Below, in pieces: positions 46,468 to 56,221 of a stretch of 64,000 nucleotides of DNA (within the stretch, counting starts at the first letter, position 1; each line of letters opens with the position of its first letter). The position numbers and the translations under genes are program-made. Under the pieces are notes generated by a model. That model did not search any database. It had not been told where the DNA came from and saw nothing but the letters and a program-made list of their open reading frames with translations. The stretch is from Pelagomonas calceolata (lineage: Eukaryota): positions 806,001-870,000 of the forward strand of contig CAKKNE010000004.1 of the NCBI GenBank assembly GCA_918797485.1, read 5' to 3'.

Positions 46468-47319
46468 CTAGAACATCGACATGGCGTTGCCGCCCTCGCC
46501 CTTGGGCGCGACGAGCTTGCCCTTGTTCTTCTCGAGGCAGTCGCCGACGGCGATGTACGCGTCCCGCACGACCTCCAGCAGGAAGATGAGGGCGAAGCGG
46601 TGCTGGACGTCGAGCTGGGCGACGGCGGCGACGGCGTCGGGGAGGGGCTTGGCGGAGGACGTTTTTGTGGTGGACGACGACGATTTCCCGCTCTTCGCCG
46701 TCGTCTTCGCCTCGGTCCCCTTCTCCTCGTCGGTCGACGACGACGTGGCCTCGGACGTTTCCGTCGTGGTCCTGGCGACGACCTTCTCCAACAAGGCGGC
46801 CCGGTCCTTGTGGTAGGCCGGTAGAGCATCTAATAGTCCCTTGCATTCCTTGCCCGTCTCCTTGACGAGCTTCGCCACCTCGAGCTGGATCGCCACCCCG
46901 AAGTTGTTGCCGTCTTCCACTTTGGGGACGTGCAGCGTGATGAAGCGCTCGATCTTCCGCAAGTCGAGCACGCAGGCCGCGGCCTCGCCTCTCGCGTAGG
47001 TCTGCAGCTCGCAGAGCTCGGCGTTGACCGCGGCCGCCGTCGCGCCCTTGGTGTAGGTCTTCTCGGCGTCCGCCAACGAGGTGGCCTGGAGCGCGCCGAC
47101 ACGGCCGTCCAACGCCATGACCTTGTCCCCTAAACTCGCCTCGAGGGCCTCGACCTCGCGCCTGCGCGGGGTCATTCATTTGTTATCTGGGTGCGCAGCG
47201 CGACCACCCATCGATTGCGGGCGTCGACGGCGTGGAGGTCACGACTCAGCCGGAAGGCGCCGCGTCTGTGATCTATGCACCGTGGCTTGCGCGGACGCGT
47301 CCTTGAGCTGAGCAAACAT
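46468..47319 (-). CDS. Proteasome activator PA28/REG (PSME-family); probable first exon 47319-47279 and GC-AG intron 47162-47278
   Basis: Signature ITLHVPKVEDGNNFGVAIQ and C-terminus KLVAPKG...MSMF. The 5' exon model is less certain; the alternative start is ATG 47175. Confidence 0.85.
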
Positions 47320-47411
47320 CCTTTCAGTCGCGCTGCTTGCGGCTCAAAAACAACTGCTAGCCTAGCTCCAAATGGCGGAAAAAAAAGCCAGGCGGCCGGC
47401 GCCTCGCGCGA

Positions 47412-47432
47412 GCTAGCGTAGTGCGACACTAG
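47412..47432 (-). promoter_or_regulatory. Bipartite CTAG motif upstream of PA28
   Basis: Minus strand CTAGTGTCGCACTACGCTAGC. Confidence 0.55.
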
Positions 47433-48255
47433 CAAGCGCAGTCCAGCCCTCCTAGCTAAAGGAGGGTCCTGCCGCCCCCGGGGAATGGTAGTCGTCGCAA
47501 ATTAAAATCGAAATTCGCACGGGCTTGCAGCTCGGTGCTAAAGGCTGTGCTTCCGTGCGCAGCAGAGGCAGCCCCAACAACTAAATGGCTCCTTCAGTGA
47601 GTCGTTCGGTGGTCTGGCAAGCCTTTTAGCACCTTCCCGCTACTCGCCGCGGTCTGTGGAGCGGCATGTGGCCCAAAACACTATGGATTATGCTAGCGGC
47701 AACCAACACACTAGGCAAACCATTTGTGAGTTTGGTCCGAAGGCCCCTCCTGCGCCAGCGCAGCACCGTGCGCCAGCGACGCGCACACGCCGGCGTGGTA
47801 CACCAAAGCACCAGCTGCCTTGAAATTTACAGCGTCGGGCTGCACTTGCGCAGCACCAGGGGCCTTTTTACCTCCGCTGCGCCAGCACGTCATCAGAGAC
47901 GCTTACCGGTCAGAAGAAGGACACGTCCGGCGACGACACACCGGAGAGGCCCACCGCGAGGCCCGCGGCGCTGGCCCCCTGCCCCCAGAGAGCTTCTGGG
48001 AGGACGCGCCCCTCGATAACAGGAGGCTCGACATAACGCCACGCCCGCGCGCAGGTCGGGTCGTACCTTCGAGGACAGCATCGTGGTCGTCGCGAACAGT
48101 GCGTAAATCAAAAAGAGGAGGCGCCTTCGACGTTTTAGCTTTAGTGGTGATCGAGAGCCGCGCGGGTGCGGCAGCGGCAAAGGCGCTGCTCGGCGAAGCG
48201 TCGCTCCTGGGCGTACACGCGGCGCTCGCTCGGCGCCGCGAGCCGGTGCGTCGAG

Positions 48256-49008
48256 GGCGTGGCGCCGCGCGCCGACGACCTGGGCCAGGCCGCCGTCCGG
48301 CAGCGCCGGCGCCGCCGCGGACCGGCGCTGCGCGTCGCGTCGCTGGCCCTACGCGTCGTGCCGGCGGGCCTGCGCGAGGCGGCGCGTCGTGGGCGTGGCG
48401 CTGGCGCCGCGCGCCGACGACCTGGGCCAGGCCGCCGTCCGGCAGCGCCGGCGCCGCCGCGGACCGGCGCTGCGCGTCGCGTCGCTGGCCCTACGCGTCG
48501 TGCCGGCGGGCCTGCGCGAGGCGGCGCGTCGTGGGCGTGGCGCTGGCGCCGCGCGCCGACGACCTGGGCCAGGCCGCCGTCCGGCAGCGCCGGCGCCGCC
48601 GCGGACCGGCGCTGCGCGTCGCGTCGCTGGCCCTACGCGTCGTGCCGGCGGGCCTGCGCGAGGCGGCGCGTCGTGGGCGTGGCGCTGGCGCCGCGCGCCG
48701 ACGACCTGGGCCAGGCCGCCGTCCGGCAGCGCCCGGCGCCGCCGCGGACCGGCGCTGCGCGTCGCGTCGCTGGCCCTACGCGTCGTGCCGGCGGGCCTGC
48801 GCGAGGCGGCGCGTCGTGGGCGTGGCGCTGGCGCCGCGCGCCGACGGCCTGGGCCAGGCCGCCGTCCGGCAGCGCCGGCGCCGCCGCGGACCGGCGCTGC
48901 GCGTCGCGTCGCTGGCCCTACGCGTCGTGCCGGCGGGCCTGCGTGAGGCGGCGCGTCGTGGGCGTGGCGCTGGCGCCGCGCGCCGACGACCTGGGCCAGG
49001 CCGCCGTC
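48256..49008. repeat. Tandem repeat, 142-bp unit, about 5.3 copies, very GC-rich
   Basis: The T of the anchor cctgggccagg recurs at 48281, 48423, 48565, 48707, 48850 and 48992 (spacing 142,142,142,143,142). Confidence 0.95.
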
Positions 49009-49272
49009 GGGCCGATCGTCTTGAACGCCTACTACAAGTGGACGCGAAGACGAGCGCCACAACGAGGTACTCGTGAGAGGTTTGAGAGGAGGGCGTGTGC
49101 TTCACGTACTACTGATGGACGTTTCGAGAGCTGACGTGTGAGATGGTTCGAGAACGCCCACAAATGCGACCGTCACCGCGCAGGCCTTCGACTGCTCTCT
49201 ACTTCAAGAGCAAGGGGTGCCCTACCAAGACACGCGCTGCGTGCGTGTAGACGGACTGCGGGCCCAAGCAAG

Positions 49273-51984
49273 ATGGGCGTCACGGGTTCGAGAGTCGAAA
49301 CGCCGTCCGAAGAAGTGCTCATGAAGTTAAGCGGCTGCTCGCGCGACCACTTTACACGGACGAACGAAGCTCTGGTCTCCGAGGTGATCTGGACCGAAAC
49401 CAGCCGGGACCCGAGAACACCTCTAGTCGTAACCTTCATCAACCGGCCGCGCCCCTCTGGCAAGGCAGTCCGCAACCGGCCACCACCCCCTGAAGGCACG
49501 CGAAGGACGTGTCCGTGGCCCGCGACACAACCTGTACCTCCGGATTTTTCCGAGCGAGCAGGCGGACGCGAAGGCCTGCGTGCTGTGCTAGCGGGAGAAA
49601 CGCAATTAAATCGTGGCCTCTTGAAAAACATCTCTAAATTCTTGACACATCCGCACATGCCGGCAAAGAAGACCGCGGAGCCCTGGTACGTCGCGATGTA
49701 TCGGAGGCTCTGGGGCTACGAGCGCGCGTCCTTGATTGATCCGGATCATGAAGCTTTACGAGAGAAAGGCAACACCCCGATTATATCAAATCTGCCACCG
49801 GCCGTCAATTCAAAGATACAAGTGCACACGTACAGCGCCGGCGCGTGCGATGACGAGGCGGCTCGCAAGCTCGCGGCGGAGCTCGCGGCGGATCCCGCTG
49901 CGGACGCCTTAAAGGAGGCGTACGCACGCGAGCAGGCCGCGGTGGTAGGGCAGCCCGAGTGGTTCGACGCGGTTGTGCTTGGGTGTACTCGAAACGGCGT
50001 GCTCGAAGACGGTGTGCTGGAAGTCTGCTACGAGAGTGATGGTTCTTTGGACTACATCAAGTGGCCTGACGAGAAAGCAGACATCAAAGTCGTCGAGGCC
50101 GCTGCCGGCCCCGTTGGCCAGGAGTGGTGCGAAGTACCCATGAACTCCGATTATCAACGCGTCGCCGTCGCGTGTGGTAAAGCGTTCGGAGATGTTTTCT
50201 ACCCCCAGCTCGAGCCAGACGAGGCCCATCTCAAACCGATTCGATATGCAAACCTTTCGTACATCCATCGAAAGGGGAATTGGAAAAAAAACTATCCAGT
50301 GGAACTACTCCCGTGGCCGCTGCCCGTCCACAAAAATTCCGGAGGTAGAAGCCTGATCCAGCCCGTCGACTGCAGTGCAGTATTCAATGTTCAAAAAAGA
50401 GGGCCACGCCATCGACGCGACGTTGTCCGTAACCTGAGTCACTGGTTGATGTCCACACAGTTCGATCCATTTGCGTGGCGGCCCGATGGCGTGCGCACGC
50501 CGGGATGTTCGCTGCACACATATCTCGACATGTGCACGATACCGTTATTGGGGGCGGGCGTGCTAGAGGAGACCAACTGGAACACGGCCTTCGGCTCAAA
50601 GCCCGATGAGACGCATGAGTACGAGGGTCCCCGCCACTCGCGAAGCTTCGTCGTGCACGGTGAGATCTGGGATCGGCTGCTCGACGATCCTTCTATAGAT
50701 GAGCGCGTCCGCAAGTGCTTCAAGGCGCTCCCCGAAGGACCGCCCAAGGAACTCGTCCGCATTGCGCTCACGCTCCGCTCCGGGACCGCCGAGAGCGTCG
50801 GCTGGTGCGTGTGCATCACTGGTTTTAAGTTTGCGCAATTCCTCGCGATCGAACATTATGGCATCGACGTTATGGATCTGCGTGACGCGCTCTTCTGGCT
50901 CAATCGTACGTTTGGCAGCACCGAGGTCACGTGCGGCGAGCAGGGCTTTGTGAGCATTGCGCTGGAATGGTACGCCTTCCAGTCGCGGCGCGTGTCGACG
51001 AAGAAGCTCTACCTGGACAGTGAGTGCCGGCGCCGCCCGCTCTACCTGGCGATGTCTCGAGATGTCGAAAGCGGCACGCTGCTGTACGAGAAGCTGCCCG
51101 ACGGCACAGTGCGCTGCTACAGGAGCAGTTCAGGCTTCCAGGCATCTAAGTACGGCTACCGCTTTGACGAATGGGTCGTCATGCCGGTGCCGTCCTGGGT
51201 CACGGAGCCTAACATCGGCATCGCTTGCCCGCTCCACCCGCCCGAGTGCCACTTGGCCGAGCGCCTCGAGCGCTTCGGCCTAGAGCGCTGCATCTCTGTA
51301 TGGCCTGGAGATAAGTGTATACATGTCTTCGAGAAGCTCCGCAAGCGCATGGGCGCTAGGGCTTACGAGAAGTCCAAAACCTTCTTCGTCGTCGTCCGGC
51401 ACATCATCAGCGGCCTTACCGGCCGGCGCGGTGTTGTCATTTTCAATAGAGAAAAAGTCGTGTTCGCATCACTGAGTGGGCCCCGTGACCTGTACGCATT
51501 CAATTATCCGCTGCACCTCATTGACAAGCCGTGCTTGAACCGCGTCCGGTTGGCTGCCGACGGAACGCCGCACTGGCGCTACGACCGCGCTGTTACTGGC
51601 TACCAGTCGGTCGTGTATCCGTTTGCCGACTGGATGTTTTCCCGTGGCGTTCAAGCTAAGCATTGGCTAGCCCCTTCCAACTACACGGCGCACCTGCGCC
51701 TGTTGCGCGTCGCGCTCGACGCAACCAATGCTACCATCCCGCCCGCGTTCCCAGAAGCCGGCGATTATCTCAAAGCGGAGCGATTAGCGGGGCGATTGAC
51801 GAATCAGGCCTTTGATTATTGCACCTTCCATAATGCCTACAGAGAAATGAAGAAGCACCAGCCCCTAATTCAATTGAATGGTGGCGCGAGCGCGCTCTGC
51901 CTGGGAGCCCCGACGCCGCGGGAACTGGCCGAAGGCGCCGTGATCGAACTGGCGGAGGGCCCAGCCTTCGCGGCGGCCCTGTGA
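49273..51984 (+). CDS. Large orphan protein (about 870-900 aa) with a Tudor-like segment; in-frame intron 50365-50460
   Basis: Long ORF of globular composition from ATG 49273. WFDAVVLG...LEVCYESDGSLDYI resembles Tudor/agenet; the rest is unrecognised. Confidence 0.6.
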   Translation: MGVTGSRVETPSEEVLMKLSGCSRDHFTRTNEALVSEVIWTETSRDPRTPLVVTFINRPRPSGKAVRNRPPPPEGTRRTCPWPATQPVPPDFSERAGGREGLRAVLAGETQLNRGLLKNISKFLTHPHMPAKKTAEPWYVAMYRRLWGYERASLIDPDHEALREKGNTPIISNLPPAVNSKIQVHTYSAGACDDEAARKLAAELAADPAADALKEAYAREQAAVVGQPEWFDAVVLGCTRNGVLEDGVLEVCYESDGSLDYIKWPDEKADIKVVEAAAGPVGQEWCEVPMNSDYQRVAVACGKAFGDVFYPQLEPDEAHLKPIRYANLSYIHRKGNWKKNYPVELLPWPLPVHKNSGGRSLIQPVDCSAVFNVQKRGPRHRRDVVRNLSHWLMSTQFDPFAWRPDGVRTPGCSLHTYLDMCTIPLLGAGVLEETNWNTAFGSKPDETHEYEGPRHSRSFVVHGEIWDRLLDDPSIDERVRKCFKALPEGPPKELVRIALTLRSGTAESVGWCVCITGFKFAQFLAIEHYGIDVMDLRDALFWLNRTFGSTEVTCGEQGFVSIALEWYAFQSRRVSTKKLYLDSECRRRPLYLAMSRDVESGTLLYEKLPDGTVRCYRSSSGFQASKYGYRFDEWVVMPVPSWVTEPNIGIACPLHPPECHLAERLERFGLERCISVWPGDKCIHVFEKLRKRMGARAYEKSKTFFVVVRHIISGLTGRRGVVIFNREKVVFASLSGPRDLYAFNYPLHLIDKPCLNRVRLAADGTPHWRYDRAVTGYQSVVYPFADWMFSRGVQAKHWLAPSNYTAHLRLLRVALDATNATIPPAFPEAGDYLKAERLAGRLTNQAFDYCTFHNAYREMKKHQPLIQLNGGASALCLGAPTPRELAEGAVIELAEGPAFAAAL
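50365..50460 (+). mobile_element. In-frame introner intron (96 bp)
   Basis: GTCGACTG + CAGTGCAGTATTCAA ... ccacgccatcgacgcgacg ... CACTGGTTGATGTCCACACAG; same family as 55300-55476. Confidence 0.75.
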
Positions 51985-52214
51985 CAGAGACGGAGCTGCG
52001 TCGGGTCATGGCGCGGCGTGGCGTCGGCCCGCCCGACGACCTCGAGGAGCTTCGACGAATTAGTAGCTTAACTAAGCTCGTTTATTTGTATTATGACTAC
52101 TAGGGATGCGCGCCGCGGATAGCGTGCTTAAAGACACTAGCAAACGCCGCTCTTGGTTTTGGCAAGCTTAGGGGAGCTTTTTGCAAGCTCACTCTAGCTC
52201 TGCCGCCGCGTTTG

Positions 52215-52236
52215 CTAGTGTCTTGCTACCGCTAGC
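52215..52236 (+). promoter_or_regulatory. Bipartite CTAG motif upstream of PCIF1 (further copies at 52118-52140 minus and 52428-52448)
   Basis: CTAGTGTCTTGCTACCGCTAGC. Confidence 0.55.
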
Positions 52237-52637
52237 TGCCACGGACAAGTCTGGCTTGCTACGCTTTATTGCGAGTCGAGGTGCGCCTGAGACGACTCCG
52301 GGCGTCTTATTGCATCGCCAGAGACGGCAAGAACCACCGCTCGTTGCAAGCGCGCCGTAAAACTTGCATAACTTTGGGCTGAGTCGGTTTCACCTTTTTT
52401 GCGTATGCTGAAAGACATCGGAGGATTCTAGTATGTCTATAGGCTAGCGTGAAAATAGCCTGCCTGCAGGCCAGCAGCGGCAAGTGAGGCAAGCTGCTGC
52501 AGATGTTAGCTGTCCAATCCTGAAGGCACGCATGGCAAGATAGTGACGGACAGCCGCGAAGAGAGTGCACGGCTTTTTTAGCGCGGAAAGCAACACACCA
52601 GTGAAGCTGCACGCTGCTGCTCAACGAGAGCTGAGAA

Positions 52638-54053
52638 ATGACGCACATCTGGCACGCCGACGAGCGCATCGCCTGGCCGACGGAGCGCCGAGGCGCCGCC
52701 GACGAGCGCTGCGACCCGGCCGCGGAGCTCGCCCGCTTCGGCCGGCTCAAGACGCTACGCAGTTTGCTGCAGCGCCTCGTGACGCAGCACGGCGGCCAGG
52801 GCGCGAGCGCACCGCCGCTCGCCTTCGAGCGCTGGCTCGCGCGCTCGGCGCTCCGGCGCGCGGCGGAGGCCGATCCCGTGCTGCCGGCGGCGGATGGTGT
52901 CGACGAGCAGCTTGTGGCAGACCTTTCGCGATCTTTGCCGCGCGAGAAGGCCGTCATCATTGCGGAAGCCCTATCGGCACGGAGCCGCGACGACGCCGCG
53001 CGGCAAGCAGCCGTGTTTTCGGACTCCGAAGCGCAGGCGCCAGCGCCCGCCGCGACGCAGCGTTTGGTCAAGGCCGTGCGTCGGGCGGGAAAACCGCTGC
53101 CGACGGACGCCGCGGCCTGGGCAGAGCTGGCGACCGCCGCCGAGGCGCTCGCCGCGCACGCGCGGAGTCGGGCCGAAGTGCGGCCTACTTACACGGTCGT
53201 CGTCGACCGCGACGGGCCGAACGTGCGGCTGGCCGCGATGGACGGCGACGCGCCGAAGAAGCCGTACGTGCTGATCTCCCACGACCACTACGCGAAGCTC
53301 ACGACGCTCCACGCGCGCTACGGTGCCGGTGACCCCGACGAGCGCATTTTTTGTCTTGTGACGCGCTATGAAGCATTGAGGGGCGCCGGGTTCCAGTGCG
53401 CCGTGCCGGGCGCGTGCTTCGAAAGTTTGCGCGAGTTCCTGGGAAATACGATAGAATGCTTCGCGTCGCCGCTGAACTGCCGGTTCGAGCGCTACTTCAG
53501 CGCGTTTCCTGCGCTGGAGCGCGCCTTCGGGAGCCTGGGCTCGTTCTTCGACGAGTGGTCCCGCATCGAACAGGGCTCCTTCGAGGTCAACCCGCCCTTC
53601 GTGCCCGAGGTCCTCGCCTTCGCGGCGGCGAAGGTTGGCGAGCTGCTCGGCGACGGGGCGAAGGGCGCGCTCTCGTTCCTCGCGGTCGTGCCGGACTGGG
53701 GCGGCGGGTCGTCGGCGGCGCAGGCGCTCCGCGAGTCGCCGTTCCTCCGCGCCAACGTCACGATCCCGGCCGCCGATCATGTGTTTGTGGATGGTGCCCA
53801 ACACCGCGTCCGGGACCGGCACCGACCCTCCAGCTGGGATACGGCAGTTCTCCTACTCCAGAATGACGCCGGCGCGGCGAAATGGCCCCTCGACACGAAG
53901 ACGCTCGCGCGCGTCGCTCGGGCGTCGTTCCGCCGCGCGGCGAACGAGGCCGCGCCCGAGGGGGCGGAGGATCTGCAAGCTTGGGAGAAGCGCGGGCCCA
54001 GCCGCGGGGGCAAGAAGCGTCCGCGCTCCGCGCCACCAAAGCAGAAGATGTAA
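52638..54053 (+). CDS. PCIF1: PCIF1/CAPAM-like cap adenosine N6-methyltransferase
   Basis: RYEAL.GAGFQCA, ECFASPLN, FGSLGSFF and the catalytic GSFEVNPPF motif. Confidence 0.85.
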   Translation: MTHIWHADERIAWPTERRGAADERCDPAAELARFGRLKTLRSLLQRLVTQHGGQGASAPPLAFERWLARSALRRAAEADPVLPAADGVDEQLVADLSRSLPREKAVIIAEALSARSRDDAARQAAVFSDSEAQAPAPAATQRLVKAVRRAGKPLPTDAAAWAELATAAEALAAHARSRAEVRPTYTVVVDRDGPNVRLAAMDGDAPKKPYVLISHDHYAKLTTLHARYGAGDPDERIFCLVTRYEALRGAGFQCAVPGACFESLREFLGNTIECFASPLNCRFERYFSAFPALERAFGSLGSFFDEWSRIEQGSFEVNPPFVPEVLAFAAAKVGELLGDGAKGALSFLAVVPDWGGGSSAAQALRESPFLRANVTIPAADHVFVDGAQHRVRDRHRPSSWDTAVLLLQNDAGAAKWPLDTKTLARVARASFRRAANEAAPEGAEDLQAWEKRGPSRGGKKRPRSAPPKQKM

Positions 54054-54071
54054 TGTTTCTTTCACAATAAA

Positions 54072-54647
54072 TTACCTCGGAGGTGTTGGAGGAGGAGTCG
54101 GCCGTTGCGACGGCGGTGCCCGCACGACGGCCGCGCTCTCCAACCTCAGTCGCACGGCCTCGTCGACGCGCGTCGCGAAGACTGGAGACGTGATCTCGCC
54201 CCCGTCCAGTTTAAAGAAGGGGTTCGCCAGGCACTTGGCGTAGGCCTTTCTCGCGTCAGCTAAACATGCGCGGACGTGTGCCTCCGGGACGCCCGCGGCC
54301 GCGTCCAACACCGCGCACAGGGTTATGCCCGTCGCCGTCCTACTGGCATAAAGTTTGCGGCCGTCGACCGTCGTCGCCACACCCAGGAACTCGTCTCGGC
54401 TATTCTCCTGCGCTTGGGCGCACTCGTCGACGACGTCCAGGGAGCACAGGATGAGATTCCGCAGGTACGCGTCACTATTCGCGTCGTAAACACGGAAAGC
54501 GAGTGGCCGGTTCTTCTTCCCGATGACGGCGAGTGCGGCGCAGGCCCTTGGGCTGGGCTTGCGTGCAGGCACAGCTGGTGGTACGGGCGCGGGCGGTGCC
54601 GGCGGTGGCCGTGGTGGTGCTGGGACGCCTGGTTGTGTAGTAGCCAT
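54072..54647 (-). CDS. Sedlin/TRAPPC2L-like trafficking subunit
   Basis: AALAVIGKKNRPL, CSLDVVDE, FLG, KLYAS.TATG, YAKCLANPF. Confidence 0.8.
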   Translation of the reverse strand: MATTQPGVPAPPRPPPAPPAPVPPAVPARKPSPRACAALAVIGKKNRPLAFRVYDANSDAYLRNLILCSLDVVDECAQAQENSRDEFLGVATTVDGRKLYASRTATGITLCAVLDAAAGVPEAHVRACLADARKAYAKCLANPFFKLDGGEITSPVFATRVDEAVRLRLESAAVVRAPPSQRPTPPPTPPR

Positions 54648-54701
54648 GCTCCTTGTGCTTCCGTTGCGGTGCTGCTTCGCGGCGCGCCTGCTGTCGATTT
54701 A

Positions 54702-54724
54702 GCTAGCGGCCTGTAAGACACTAG
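54702..54724 (-). promoter_or_regulatory. Bipartite CTAG motif upstream of TRAPPC2L
   Basis: Minus strand CTAGTGTCTTACAGGCCGCTAGC. Confidence 0.6.
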
Positions 54725-55021
54725 CAATCTATACCTAGGGAGGTACTTATATCTATCATACTTATAATAAGAAATAAAATTTAGGAAGACACTGAAGATT
54801 ATTCTGGCCTGCTTGGCTTACTCAGCGTGGTATGGTAAAGTACTTACTACCGAGGACCGCTATACATCTATAGTACATATGTATAGCAAGCAAGCCGCGC
54901 CGTCGAAGGAGGTGCGTTGTTATGAAAGAAGGGACTCCGCCCACTAGTCCTAGCACCGTAACAGAAAATCGTTTAGCAAAAGCTCTTCTACTTAGGACTT
55001 CGTCTTTCAGACCTACATGAC

Positions 55022-55839
55022 CTACATGAGGTACATGTAGTAGTACGCCGCCGCCGCGCCCGCGACGCCGAGCGCGACGAGCGGCCCGGCCACGCCGCCA
55101 CCCGACGACCCCACCAGGTCGCTCTTCTTGTCCAGGATCTGGTCCTCGGGCACGGTCCAGTCGCACACATCACTCTTGCACGTCTTGCTGAAGGCGGCGA
55201 CGACGTCCTTGGCCCACTTCGCGACCGCCTCGTCGCCCGTTAACGTCTCGTTCTCGTCGACTTCGACGCGCGCTAACATGCGCTTGGACCCCAGGGCGCC
55301 TGTGTGGAAATCAAAATTTTACGGCGCGTTCGTGAATCATCGCGTCGTCCTCCACGCCATCGACGCGACGCCTGCTCGATGGCGTGGCGATGCCGGTTCC
55401 TCGCCGCTCGACCGAGCCAGGTGGGCCGCGTCATCGCCGAGAAGTGCACCCGACACACTGGTTGATTTCCACACAGCAGGGCGCCCATGAGTTTGTCCGT
55501 CAGGCGCGGGCAGTTCTGGAAGGTCTCGTAGTCCGTCGAGCCATACCCCAGCACGCAGTGCTGCTTGCCCGCGAGCACGCCCTCGTCGGCCGTGTAGAGC
55601 GCCCGCAAGAAGTTCTCGAAGTTGCTCGGCGGGTCGCCGTCGCCGTAGCTCGACGACACGATGACGAAGGCGTCGTACTTCGCGGCCAGCGCCTCCAGGC
55701 CGACGGACGCTGCGTCGTTGCCGGACATGAAGTCCTTCGACTGGTCGAAATTGGCCTTGGGCCAAGTTTTCGAGAGGCGCTTGGCGTGGCGCTCGGAGCC
55801 GCCGGACTCCGTGCCGTGGATGCAGATCACTTTCACCAT
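55022..55839 (-). CDS. Flavodoxin-like FMN-binding protein with C-terminal TM anchor (exons 55839-55485, 55299-55022; 210 aa)
   Basis: HGTESGGSE, SSSYGDGDPP, VLGYGSTDYETF; spliced LMG|ALGSKRML; tail PLVALGVAGAAAAYYYMYLM. Confidence 0.88.
55300..55476. mobile_element. Intact introner/MITE (177 bp) with 15-bp perfect TIRs and 8-bp TSD
   Basis: TIRs CTGTGTGGAAATCAA (55300-55314) and TTGATTTCCACACAG (55462-55476); TSD CAGGGCGC at 55292-55299 and 55477-55484. It forms GC-AG intron 55484-55300. Confidence 0.95.
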
Positions 55840-55840
55840 C

Positions 55841-55896
55841 TTAGCTGCGCTGTTGGGGGTGGCAAGCGTGTTAGCTGTGCTGTTGGGGTGGCAAGC
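55841..55896. repeat. About 30-bp tandem duplication just upstream of the flavodoxin ATG
   Basis: ttagctg(c/t)gctgttggggg/gtggcaagc twice, at 55841 and 55871. Confidence 0.75.
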
Positions 55897-56221
55897 TTGT
55901 GTGAGCTGTGTGGGCTCGCTCGTTGCAAACGCTTCGATCTCTGGTTTTTAGTGCAAGCGGTGCTGCTTTGGAAGAGCTGCAGTTGCAATTTCGCGCGTCG
56001 ACGGCGTCGCGAGGCGGTGCTTAGGCGACTGCTACGTGCCACCTCGATGTGGATGCGAGCACGAGCTCGCCCCCTCGAACGCCGCCGCAACAGCCGTGGA
56101 CAGACATATAGAGACCTGCTACCAGCGCTCCGGGGCATTCAGGGAACTCGCAGTTGCGCGCGCGGAGACGGCCGCCCACAAGAGGCCGTCGATGCGCCAT
56201 CGAACGAACCTAAACCTAAAG

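Noticed and set aside
48256..49008. CRISPR array
   Set aside because: The units are contiguous and identical with no unique spacers, there are no cas genes, and the context is eukaryotic.
47820..49134. Long Arg/Ala/Pro-rich ORFs on both strands
   Set aside because: They are products of the stop-free 142-bp GC-rich satellite; the unit is not a multiple of 3.
54725..55020. AT-rich island as ncRNA or centromere
   Set aside because: It is short, has no recognisable RNA structure or boxes, and fits a 3' UTR/promoter region.
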